A stretch of 62,185 bases of DNA, the filler included, from Choristocarpus tenellus KU-1152 (lineage: Eukaryota; Protista; Phaeophyceae): assembly GCA_964200185.2 (NCBI GenBank). It is 5 parts of 5 records of this genome, joined end to end, with 100 filler letters (N's around TTAATTAATTAA, not from the genome) between each part and the next. Parts side by side here need not be neighbours in the genome. Positions count along the whole stretch, not along the records: positions 1 to 16,590 come from CAXNAD020000807.1; positions 16,691 to 19,994 come from CAXNAD020020925.1; positions 20,095 to 50,077 come from CAXNAD020000095.1; 2 more parts are not named here. One strand, given 5' to 3'. The position numbers and the translations under genes are program-made. The notes beneath the pieces were generated by a model. It was not told the DNA's origin and did no database searches. It saw only the letters and a list, made by a program, of their open reading frames with translations. The stretch's first letter is position 1, and each line of letters starts with the position of its first letter. Below are positions 12,801 to 23,900 of this stretch, in pieces.

Positions 12801-15610
12801 TTAAATGTATGTTCGGCCCTTTTTCCTCCCAAGAGTTTATTGCAGACATGGAGATCTTTCAGAGGCTGCAATTATATTTTCAAATGGTTACAACTGGTTC
12901 AGGTTCAAGAATTCTGTTCCACTGTAAATGACACTAAACTTTCAAGCCCCAAATCTTTTGGTAATGAACGAGGAAATGGAGTGCTGAAAAAAGGGGTGAT
13001 ACCTGCTCCTCTCAACCTCATAATACCTGCAAAGATAAAAGCACTTCTCCGATACCAGGCTCACCACTGGTATCACGTAACTGCCATGAGGATAGAAAGA
13101 GAGAGTCAAAGTATCTTAGAGGGTAGAACCGCGTCCATTTTGGGGCCAAATTCCAATTTTGCAATCTTGATGTACTTTGGCTATCATTTTTGTTAGGAGA
13201 TGTCAATATCCTTGTTCAGGACACTCCTTTTCGTATCATTTGACCTTCTCTGAAATATTTTGGAAAGGGTAAAATGTCATTAATAACTCGTGGGAGCCAA
13301 GTCCCAAATGGACAAACAGGGAAAAACTCCTACCCTCTCAAAATTCTTTCAGTCGAGATGGAGCAATAGTTTTCAAAACAACCAAACCAACATCAGTACC
13401 AATGTCAACTATATATAATTTATGGCCATCTAGCTTCACTAGCAGGTGAGTTGGATATTCTGAAGTTTTATCTTGTTCTACTTCTATCTTCAAATCTCTC
13501 TTACCTAACTCCTATCCTACACAAGAATGGCAATAGCAGCATACTCAAAGTGTATTAGCTATTTTTTAGCAAGCATAGTATTCATCCTACTTGTTAGCTG
13601 GAACCTGTGGCGAGCGCAACCGTGCCTGCCCTCACTTCAATCATTTCTGTACACACCACAGTACCTTTGCTGCCACGTACATCTGAGAAGGTACAGTTGT
13701 CTGGAGTGCTAATGTACGACTTCTGTTGCTATAGGGTCAAAACCTAACTGCACGGAGCTGGTTGCTGGCAAGGTAAATGACACCCACAAACTTTGTCAGC
13801 ATTGCTCAGGGGTCAACACATGGTTTTAGTTTACAGTATCAGGGTTAGGAACCTGTCCTCTGCCCCAATACACAAAACAGGACAGATCTTACCTGACACA
13901 AGCCGCCATGTAACCGTCAACCTCTCTAGAATTGTTGATTTCCCATGCACTTGTTCATGTGACCTCCAAGTTGAGGTCTTTTGTGAAAAAAAAGACCCCA
14001 GCAAAGTGCTAGTACTCAAAGCAAAATTCAAACCCTGGACTTGTATAACCCAAGTCAGTGTATGTCCTGAGTGACTCAGTCCTAACTTTGGTCGTACCTG
14101 GTGCCAGTTTGGCTCGGGCACCCTGGCACCAGTCTGTGCGCTGAGTATAGCTGCAGATATCGGAAATCTGCATCCTGCGAGATGTGTGTTACTGCCAAGA
14201 ACATCCCTGTCCCAAACCTGAATACCACCCGAGGGTGGGGAGAAGGAAAGGGTAGCATATGTTCTTCTCCACAACTTAGTCCCAAAGCAAGAGGACCCAC
14301 ACGTTTGGGGGTGATTCCCAACTTGTGGAGTCCTCTGGAGATTTTCCTTGATTGGGTTTTTAATGGCAATCCTGTTCAATATATTCAAGCAATAAGCTCC
14401 CCAAAGATAAATGATCTGATTGATCTATTGCACTGTTACCTTGTTTGAGCATCCTTCACCTCTCTCAGACTATATTAACGAATCAAAGCACTTTAGAGGG
14501 TAGAGGCGCATCCATTTGGGGACCAAAATCCAATGTTGCAATTTTGATGTAATTTTGGCTATCATGTTTGTTAGGAGATGTCAATATCCTTGTTCCAAAC
14601 ACACCTTTTCACAACGTATACATTCGACCTACTCCGAAACTACTCCGAAACATTTTGGAGTAGGTAAAATGTCATTAAAAACCCGTAGGAAGCCAAGCCC
14701 CAAATGGACAAACAGGGAAAAACTCGTACCCTCTAACTTTCACTCAATCCCTAACTTCATGCACTGCACGCAGTAGTTACTATACCTAGCAAAAAACAAT
14801 TAAGCCTCTTCCCAACGAAGCAAAGCAAAACTTTGAATCATTTTGTACAAGATTTTTCTAACGCTTCATACTCTCCCAAATGTTAACCTCAACCAGCAAG
14901 TGTTTGTTTAGAGAAGGTACAGAGAGCAAGAAGATAGGTCTTCGTACCTCCACTCTGATCTCTGGAGCAAACCTCAGGTCTCTAGGCAGCATCTCATGGA
15001 ACTCAATAGTCTGGTAGAAGCAAGGATTGGAGGTGCTTTCCTCATGCTTGGTCTTTTGCTTCTGGCCCATGAACCGAATCTTGAAAAGTGAGGGAAACGC
15101 AAAATCAGGTGGAAGGAGTGCAACATCACGCCCAGCTTACATATGATGTCAATGCTCCAAGTATCTCAGTTTACAAACAGTTTCTTGTAGTGAATTGATC
15201 GCGAAATACCATTGAGGTATGAATTGGTTACTAGACATGTTAGGATCAGGAAATGACAAACCAGTTTTGTCCATATCACCACCAGTAGCACTTTCTAGTC
15301 GATATAGCATGACAATCCTTCCTCTTTTGTATGTCATGTACTGTCGCCAGGGACTTCCCTTTCACGCCCAACTCTTCCATCACTACAACACGCCTCCCTG
15401 AATTACCTTGACATAAGGATCCAGAAGTCCGCTGGCCTCTGAGCTAGGCAATCCACGGCACTGAAAGATGTGGACTCTAAGACAGAATGGCTCCTTCTTA
15501 CCCATCACACTTATTGACGACTCCTCGTCACTCCCACCATCACCTCTCTTATCATCCCTGTCAGTGATGCTGCTAGAGAAAGTACCTCGTGCTTGCTTTG
15601 CAGCAGTGGC
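899..15610 (-). CDS. Ferlin-family multi-C2-domain membrane-fusion protein (otoferlin/myoferlin-like), partial, about 904 aa over 16 exons
   Basis: Phase-consistent exons: 15610-15407 (LRVHIFQCRGLPSSEASGLLDPYVK), 15079-14948, 14217-14098 (VWDRDVLG), 13080-13027, 11913-11788 (AYLEVVTIGVRDLKPF), 10861-10688 (LPENPLFAPVLTIK), 10011-9904, 9494-8862 (acidic), 7806-7651, 6987-6878, 5592-5454, 4015-3830 (RLYVVRALHLQPKDQNGLADPYL), 2625-2497 (KKTLNPDF), 2258-2055 (DHDRFGADELIGQTVIDLEDRWF), 1704-1621, 1051-899 (ETDTHWRCKNGK). These are typical motifs of ferlin C-terminal C2 domains. The N-terminus and the C-terminal TM anchor were not found in the contig. Confidence 0.92.
1263..1497. mobile_element. 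MITE family A copy (TIR GAGYSAAAGTATCTTAGAGGGTA), TSD ACTA
   Basis: Starts GAGTGAAAGTATTCTAGGGGGTAC and ends TACCCTCTAAGATAATTTGTCTC. Flanked by ACTA at 1259-1262 and 1498-1501. Lies in a ferlin intron. Confidence 0.85.
5726..5984. mobile_element. MITE family A copy
   Basis: GAGTGAAAGTATCTTAGAGGGTA...TACCCTCTAAGATACTTTGGCTC, with the interior shared with other copies. Inserted in a (GA)n tract, so the TSD is ambiguous. Confidence 0.88.
7232..7468. mobile_element. MITE family B copy (TIR GAGTCAAAGTAAAC...)
   Basis: Starts GAGTCAAAGTAAACAAGAAATGCCC and ends GGGCACCTCTCGTTTACTTT...TTTGACT. The interior is a reverse-complement homolog of 51393-51650. Confidence 0.75.
7903..8157. mobile_element. 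Degenerate MITE family A copy (opposite orientation)
   Basis: Contains CATCCGTTTGGGG, TGTCAATACCCTTGCTCCGGACACACCTTT and AAACAGGGAAAACCTCCTACCCT blocks shared with family A. Confidence 0.7.
11085..11347. mobile_element. Degenerate MITE family B copy
   Basis: The right end CTCTGGTACCTCTCGTTTACTTTGAGTC and the interior blocks resemble 7232-7468. The left end is eroded, so the start is approximate. Confidence 0.55.
11520..11841. repeat. Three tandem ~109-bp copies containing the 3' end of a ferlin exon and its GTAAGA donor
   Basis: ACAGTGTCATTGAATTCAAC begins at 11531, 11641 and 11749. Each unit contains TTCTTACCTGGAAGCCAAAGGG. Confidence 0.95.
13103..13354. mobile_element. MITE family A copy, TSD GAGA
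   Basis: GAGTCAAAGTATCTTAGAGGGTA...TACCCTCTCAAAATTCTTTCAGTC, with GAGA on both sides (13099-13102, 13355-13358). Confidence 0.88.
14480..14745. mobile_element. MITE family A copy
   Basis: GAATCAAAGCACTTTAGAGGGTA...TACCCTCTAACTTTCACTC with a conserved interior and an internal CTACTCCGAAA duplication. Confidence 0.85.
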
Positions 15611-16590
15611 CTAATAAGTTGTTCACACCAGAAGGCATTGTAAGGACCAGCAGGTGGGAGGGGTTCAGGTTCTTCTACTTCTTTTGATAATGGGGTTACT
15701 TTACAGGGAGTATGTCAGCTAAAGTTACAAATTGCAGTATTTGTGATTGTCACCACTAGAGTACTGATGGAGTTGCTGGCATACCTGTTGTCAAGAAAAA
15801 GTATTGCTTCAAAGTATCAAACTTAACTCACCCGATCAAAAGCTACCCATCATGCTTGCAGACTAGAGTTGAGGTTACAGTTTCTACTGGAAAAAAATAT
15901 TCTTGAAATACACGGTACTGTTGATGGGCAGTCCTTGTTGGTCATTCACTCTGGGTAGAAATTGCGAACTAGTGAGTCATTTTGCTTGCAGTTCATTTGC
16001 TTTTCCCACAATTCCATTGAATCAAGACACAGCGTTAAGCACATGCCATTCCGAATTATGAGGGCACTTAGGTACGAGATGATAACACTATATGTTGCTC
16101 TTTTTACAGCACACAACCAGACGGTGATTGGAAAGATAGGACAGCAGTACAGAAGTACGACCACTTCCATGTGAAGAGAACAAAAAAATTATAGAAAGTG
16201 CACTGGCTCTAAGTGAAGGAGTATGGGAGTTGGAAAAAATAAAAGGGGGAACTGCAGGGCATTAGTTGATGTTCTGTCTTTTTAGAACAAACAAATACTC
16301 AAATGAGGAACTTCGGGCGAGCGGCATGCAAAGAGACTTCTTGCCATCTGCAATTATCTAACACCAATGATCGAGGAAAGGAAGAAAGCAGCAGTATCAC
16401 CACATGTATGGCGAAGTTGTCACTCCTTGCAGGTCACCTAATCCCAAGGCAACAAACTCCATAGACTCAGAAAAGAGAAACAAACCCAAGTCACTCAAAT
16501 ATCTGGAGATCGTAATAGTGGAGCTGTGTGTTTGAAGAAGACCTGGGGTAACCATGTTCTAGGAGAGAGATCCAAAGTATCTGGGGGGGG

Positions 16591-16690
16591 NNNNNNNNNN
16601 NNNNNNNNNNNNNNNNNNNNNNNNNNNNNNNNNNTTAATTAATTAANNNNNNNNNNNNNNNNNNNNNNNNNNNNNNNNNNNNNNNNNNNN
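16591..16690. other. Artificial 100-bp contig spacer (Ns flanking TTAATTAATTAA, a six-frame stop linker)
   Basis: Identical N44-TTAATTAATTAA-N44 structure at four places in the window. Confidence 0.97.
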
Positions 16691-16760
16691 ATATGTATAT
16701 AGTTTCCATTGGTTTTCCCCTGACACATCTGCAAAATGTCAGAGGGCATAATAATATAAT
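16691..16760. repeat. Dispersed repeat end, reverse-complement homolog of 61540-61608
   Basis: CCCCTGACACATCTGCAAAATGTCAGAGGGCATAATAAT matches ATTATTATGCCCTCTGACATTTTGCAGATGTGTCAGGGG. Confidence 0.75.
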
Positions 16761-17124
16761 AGAGGAATAGGAAAATAGGAATGAGCAAATAATAATAATA
16801 ATCCAGAATTGGTGAGCAAAACAAATTAACCTTCTTTAGTCTGCTTATGTGTTGGTTTTAGTCTTGTGTAGTACGTTTTTTAAAAAACCCATCCATTTTA
16901 CAGAGCGCCCCAACTTCGAACAACGTGCTCCAGAGTGAGAAGTATCTGTACTACAACTAAGTTGTGTCTTACGAAACTACATTAGAAATAGTCCCTACTA
17001 ACCATACCACAACAAAGACACCAACCTGCTGTTAAGCCCCCTCGTAAGTTGGTCGGTTAGCTTGGTCTTCCCTATCTTCGTGCATATACTAGTGCTTCAC
17101 CTACGAAGGCACAATCAAATAGTC

Positions 17125-19298
17125 ATGACATCTGCGCGGTCTCGCTTGGATGCTTTGATCGCAACTTTGGAGGGTCAGCTGGGACTCCCTCCTATTACGG
17201 TCAGTGCATGTAAAAGACCCAAAAACATGAGATATGCTACCAACGTCACTGAAACCTCACAGCATATCCCTCTCAACCTTTGTGACCTCCTTGCATTGGA
17301 AGGGTCTTGAGAAGAATAAATCTAGCAAAAAGAGTTGGAGGCATCTTCTGGACGACATGATCTCGAGACTCGAGACTTCCCTTCAGATAGATCCCAATGA
17401 CCAGTCAAATCTTGGAGTACCCCAGGACTTCGCCAAGGCTCTGGGCAACAGCAATGAACCAGGAGAGGGAGGCAAGAGCAAGGAGCGAAAGGGCAAGGAT
17501 AGGAAGGGAGTGGGTGGGCAAACTACTAGGGAAAAGCAAGGGCCTGATGCCAAGGGGGAGGGGACGGCCAAGAAAAAAGGTGTGTGTGTTTTTCACACTA
17601 TTCAACCCGATTAAATGCAGTATTCTCACTACTGACATAGTTACTTGAGGAAAATTAGGCGCACCCGTAATCGATAAAGCAATTCCAGTCACAGGTTGAA
17701 CAACCGGTATCTGCAACCCCGGTCATGCATAGTTTCCTAAGTGGCTATTGAGTTCTAATCTACCCCATACGACCCCCTTATCCTGGATTTGAGGTAACAC
17801 TGAGGTTATTCGGCATGTTTCTTACCCCAGGAAAGAATTAGGCAGCTTAAATACAGCAATCTAGAAGTTATTGCAAAGTGCAGCAGTAGCATAGATTTCA
17901 TGAGCTCAATATGACCCGATACTCCTGATATCCCTCCACACGCTGGGTCACTCTTGTTCTTCAAGATCATCCCAACTTGTGTCAAATGCAATGTGAAGGA
18001 CCCACAGGAAAGCCCCTGGTTAAATAAAAAACCACTAAGAAACTGCCTTGTGTACAGTACGAGGAGACAAGCTCGGAAGATCAACCACAGAGAAGACATA
18101 TGCTTGACAGTCCACCCTTCACTCGTCTCCCGTCTGCCTATACTCTGATGCATACAACACTGGCAAATTCTCAATCCTTATGCCAATGTCTTGCAAAGTA
18201 GCCAAGGAGTAACAGCATCTCTCCACAACATTGAATTCAGTCCTCTGCCCTTTGGCCTTGGAAAGTAATTACTCTCACTACAATGCACCCTTCCACTCTT
18301 GTTCACCATTGCACTTTGTACGCCTGCCAAGCATGTCCCATGAGGGTTACCAAAGTGGCGTGTAACCTCATGCCATCCTGCCATCCCCTTGTTGATGTTG
18401 CACCTCTTCTCCTTCCTTTCCTCTGGTCTCTGGTCTTTGCTTTTTGCTTTGTCTGACTATTCTTCCTGGAAAAATAGATAAATATGTTCAAGCCTCCCAG
18501 CCAGGAGGTACAAAAATCGACCTAAGGGTAGGAGTGATCACCAAAGTGTGGAATCATGAAACAGCAGACAGGTGGGAGTAGATGAGATATTGTGTTCAGA
18601 TGGAGCGGATGCATGGCGCTTTATGTGGTCCTACACCAGGAAAACCCAGAGAGCTCTATGTTGTTGTGTGATTGGACCGTTACTTTCCCTTACTGCCCTA
18701 TTGAAGTCCCTCTCTCCTGAATCAAGTGGTGATCTGGTCAATTATTTTTTAGATCGGCAAAAAGTATATATAGATCTTTTTGGGATGTTTGTGGAATATA
18801 TATTTTTTATTGTTGCATATTTGCAATGTCATGGTTCTGCCACCTGGCATGGACAGATGGGGCAGGGGTTAACATTCTTTCGAGTGAAGCTTACAACAGG
18901 TGGTGCAATGTAGACAATTGAATGCAGTTGGGGAAAAGTCACCGCTGGTTAAAAATGATTGACATGCATTGTTCAAGTGAAAGCTCTTCAAAACTCTTGG
19001 CTTGTTTTTTTTGTTATGGCTGTGGCTCAGTATGATATTTTCATGCTTAGATATACTATACATTCACAACCCTCATCTGCTGTAGACTGTTTGTGTACAT
19101 GTTATATATGTGCTACCATTTTATTCATGTTTGTGCATGCTTGTGTCTCTTATGTACCTACATAATAATTCCAGGTTGTATTGTGAGGAGATCGATGTTG
19201 GAGAAGCAGAGCCCAGACAGATTGCAAGTGGATTGGTACCTCATTACTCGCTGGAGGAGATGCTGGGACGACCCCTGATTGTCATGTGTAACCTCAAG
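17125..19298 (+). CDS. tRNA-binding OB-fold protein (Arc1p/EMAP II/Trbp-type aminoacyl-tRNA synthetase cofactor), 3' truncated by contig end
   Basis: Exons 17125-17199, 17303-17579 (Lys/Gly-rich linker), 18493-18571 (TKIDLRVGVITKVWNHETADR) and 19175-19298 (LYCEEIDVGEAEPRQIASGLVPHYSLEEMLGRPLIVMCNLK). The last two carry the EMAP II-like domain signature. Confidence 0.88.
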
Positions 19299-19994
19299 GT
19301 AGGCCAAGACTGCACCACAGAGTGTGTGGTAGATGGTGAAGATGTAGATGATAAGACCTGTGTAGGCCATGTATTCAATGTGGGGTGGGCAGGATCAGTT
19401 GTTTCTGCCTCTTCAGCACTCCATGGTGCTCTTAGTTACAGTAGTTTTTGCTTACTGCTTCAAGGTGATGTTTATGGCACCCTGTAGTACTCTGCACCAG
19501 TTTCGGACAACTCTTAGTATTTCTTACCAGATTGTTTGGACCAGTCTCTTGTCACTCCCCCTCCCCTCCCCTTCCCATGCAAGTAGTGCATGGTAGTGGC
19601 ATCATAATATGAAGTAGTTATATTGACCGCAGTCGATGACATGGGCACTACAATTTTTTCTTTCCAGATGTGTAGGTTCAACTGTTTTTCTTGAGGAAGT
19701 AGGTGTTACCAAAGTGATCACAGAATATATGCTGTATGCTCTTCGGATATGTGAATAATGCCAAACATTATTTATACATGGTAGCCTATTTTGTGGCAAA
19801 GTATGTTTATGTATGCTCTGGAGTGTATGTTTATCCCACCAATGGGGAAATGGATAAACCACTGCATCCTTCTGTATATGATGTCATACCACCATTTGCT
19901 GTTTACCATACCGTCTAATCATTTCCCCCCTCCACTCCCCCAAGTACTTCCTCACTCATTGCCCCATATCAACTCAGGGTGATGGTCTATTTTA

Positions 19995-20094
19995 NNNNNN
20001 NNNNNNNNNNNNNNNNNNNNNNNNNNNNNNNNNNNNNNTTAATTAATTAANNNNNNNNNNNNNNNNNNNNNNNNNNNNNNNNNNNNNNNNNNNN
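19995..20094. other. Artificial contig spacer
   Basis: Ns plus TTAATTAATTAA. Confidence 0.97.
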
Positions 20095-20166
20095 TACATC
20101 AAAATCGCAACATTGGATTTTGGCCCCCAAATGGACGCGGCTCCACCCTCTAAGATACTTTGGCTC
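20095..20166. mobile_element. Partial MITE family A copy at contig start
   Basis: CAAAATCGCAACATTGGATTTTGGCCCCCAAATGGACGCGG...CCCTCTAAGATACTTTGGCTC. Confidence 0.85.
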
Positions 20167-20979
20167 TGATTGAGGATGTCATCCTGGCAATCAAGATCCT
20201 CATGCCTAGGCTGGAGGGACACACAATCTGTGGGCAGCAGGACAGGGCAAAGCCACACATCAAGGGAGAATAACGAAGACAATCAACGAGGTGACTTGTC
20301 ATAGAGAGTCAGCCAGCCATCTCACCTGAACTCAATGCCAACGACCTGGGGTCCTTACATTCCATCGAGCAACTAAAGGAAGACTTGGTGGAGAACAACA
20401 TAGAGGAGCTGGTGCAGGTCACAATCGAGGTGTTCGATGTGTACCCTTCAAAGACACTACTAGGTGTGTCTGGCATAGCCTCTTCGCAGTCTACAATGAA
20501 GTGCTGGGGTCCAAGGGTGACAACTTCTTCAAAATCCCCCATCTTAGCAGGGAAAAGGCTGAGAAGGCGGGCAAGCTCCCCCAAAATGCCCTGGGAGATG
20601 GGTCGATATACCATGTTGGAATGGAGTTTTGGAGGGCTTCGGGGACGGAATTATAGGTGTAGGCTGCCCCATTTTGCTTAAAGGTGAACCTTTTTTGTGT
20701 GTGCACAATGCACTCATAAAATTTGAATGTGTGAGAAAAAACTTTCTTCGTTGGGGTTGATAAGTCATACATTTTATTCCGAATGGAGGAAGTTCAATAT
20801 TAGTAAGTAAATATAACGATAACAAGATGACATACTATTTTTTTATTGTGATTTGAAATAGTCGTATGTATGCACGCCCTCCGGTTTTATGACAAGCCGT
20901 ATCAGGTGAAAGGATACTTCTTACATGAGTTTACCTGTGGACACATGAACGAGGACAGCACACGGAAGGTGGTTGTTTC

Positions 20980-23900
20980 ATGAGAGGGAGGCCCATGTGC
21001 TCATGCGGCCGTGTCGTACTTAGTGGTTTGGCCTTACTTTTGATAGGCGCGGATGGTTTCTTGCCTACATTACAAACGTGCACAAGGGGGAGGGGTTCAA
21101 GGTAAGTCTCTCCTCCATGCCACTGATGGCCGTTGAGAGGAAGATGGTTAGCGATCTCGTTGCTATTTATCTTTTGAGTCGGTCTAGACTAGAGTTCAGC
21201 TCCTCGGTTGACTCTTCACTCTTCGAACTACAGGCAGAGCAATGCTGCCAGGCTCCTCGCTAGCGACTCCTGGGAGAGCACCAACAGTAACTCTGAGGGA
21301 AAGAGGAGGGACTGGGTGGGAGGGCGCGTTCCTGGAGTTAATTATGGCCCGATGTTTCAGGCTACAGATGAAAACTTGATCGAAGCAGCTTCACGAGCAC
21401 CTCCGCTCAAGGTGATGGTATTTGTGGATGGCACGTGGCTTTACTACAGCTTCTTTGGAAGGTGCGACACAGCCGACCGTCTAATTATCCACAAGTAGTG
21501 CAATCTGAAACTGTGCTGTCATTGCAGAAACTGCATGGTGCAGGTGACAAAGGAAGGGCACTGTGTGGCTTTCCACTCTCAATGGTGATTGTCTTCTGTT
21601 GTTGGGACATGCTTGGGCAAGCCCATCGACCGACCCCTTGTCGAGGTAGAGGTGTAGTTTATCCTCCCCTGTTTTTGATACATTGAAAAAAATTCACTAT
21701 GCGTGGTAATTGGCAGGGGTGAACGTTGTCATATCTTGAGCAAGCTGGGAACCGGCTGGTTCCGTAACTACAGAATCAAGTGGGAAATGCTGCCTGTAAT
21801 TGTAGCCAGGGCCGTGCAGGCGGAGCTAACCATGGGACATCAGCCTGGGAGGCTGGTGGAGGTGGGTGCAGCACCCTCCTGGATAATCAAGAGATATTCG
21901 CTTAGCTGTGTTCAGGCACACACACGCACACACACACACACACTGTAAGAGGCTAAGTTCATGGGTCATGATGGACCAAACCCTAAGATTATTGAGCTTG
22001 TGATGGTTTGACAGTTCGCCAAATACGTCTTTCTTCCTCATACAACAAAATCCAGGGATGTCTTGACCGTTACTCATGCGGGTCCATTGAGATTTGCATT
22101 TTCGGCTTCTGTATTGTATCGTGTTTCTGCATTCTCCATTTTTTGGGGTTGGTGATGGCACAGGTTGTCCGCACTGTGGTCTTCTCAAGTGCACATGAGT
22201 CGACCCCCCGGGAGAGCAATCGGATGCAAATGTTTGATGCCATGCGCAAACTAAACTTTGAGGTGCACATGTCCACCACCACAGGGGTGCAGGAAAAGTG
22301 CATTGACATTGCACTGGCAGTTGAGATGTTGCACTATGCCACCATTCCTGATGCCTACGATGTGGCAAGTGAGTGGCATCTTGGTGATGAGGGTAGAGAC
22401 CTACAGTTGTGGGAATAACAGAAATGTTAATCGGATAGGAGAATGGAAAAAAATATTACCAGATTTTAAAATTTTGTGATACAGATAGTTGTGTGCGATC
22501 TTTACTTATTTTTCAGGAAGCATCTACCTTTTCAATCACTACACCTTTGATCACCTGGGTTATGTCTTTTGAACTTCCTCTAAATTGCTCAAGAGTACCA
22601 TATTGCCCTCCACGCTTTTTCTTGCTCCTTTTTTTTGGCATGCAGTTCTTGTGACAGGAGACAAGGACTTCATGCCAGCCATGTCAAGGACTCGCCAAAA
22701 GGGGCGACGTGTGGGCCTGTGCAGTATGCGCAACTCATGCAATATGGACCTTCTTGACCCTGAAGCCCACATTTTGGACCTGAACCCCATTTGGATCAAT
22801 GAGAGTTTGGATGACTTGTTGGAGCATGCCCCCAGGCACGAAAAACACTCCAACCCACATACCTGCAATGAAGGCTGTACATTTCCTTCCTCCTCTCCCC
22901 TTCCCCCTCAAGTGCTGTTTAACATAGGTGTGGTTGCTTGCAGCAGTCTGTCCACAAGGGACTGTTTTCTGTGAAGTCTTCTGCCATGATGCCCCTTGCT
23001 ATTGCTGTGGTCATGCTGCGGAATGGTCTCTATCGTATGTTATTTGCTTGATAAAATCAGAGCATTTCCAACTCCTTTGATTCCTTACCCATCCACCTAT
23101 TCTATTGCATTTTATTCATCCACAGCTGAAGTCCTAGTCTCAGCGATTCTTGGAGCATACCAAACCCAAGTATGTAGTAGTATGGAGTAGATGTGTCCTT
23201 CTCACATGAGTATCTTGGGCATCTGGAGGAGTTGACTGCCCATAATGCTCCTTATTTTGGTGGGGTACATCTTGACAATTGTATGCCATCCTTTTGATGT
23301 GGAATATTTTATGGGCTGTTATGGTTGTACAGGTTTAAACTGTAGGCCCAATGACCTTTTTTTGTTTCCCATTTCTTCCCAAAATTTAGGCATGTGCGTT
23401 CTGTACGCACCCCACGTATCTTGCCAGAGGTTCTCTGTAAATTGGTCTCTGGCATCATTGCCAAGGAAGGTGGCGTTATGAGATCACGGGAACTGGGAAG
23501 ATCACTCAACTCTGTAACGGTCCTTGATGATGGGACAAGTGCTCTGGCAGTTATCAAGGAGGTGTGAATTTTTTGGGGTGTGGGCTTGTGGCTATGGCTA
23601 AAATTGATTCGCAAGTGTGTCAGTGCTCAGCAAGGTTGATTGTAGGATTCTGGTCCTGCTTGGGTAAGGGTAGCACAAATGAAAGCAAGGGGTGAGGACT
23701 GATTTGCTGTGGCAAGGAGGGTGGCAACAAGGACCCTGTTGATTTTAATCTCAGGTTGAATGAGTCTGTTGTGTTTGTTTTGAAGCACTTCAGTTTGCAG
23801 GAGTTGTGCATTGCCAGAGTTTGCTTCCCCTTGTTTCAATTGGAGCAAAGGTGGGCCTGCCAGAGGCACATGAGTTTGAGCCCCAAAACACTAACATGAT

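Noticed and set aside
20309-20681. Overlapping ~100-aa ORFs on both strands after the spacer
   Set aside because: No recognisable domain or splice partner. It might be a terminal exon but cannot be supported.
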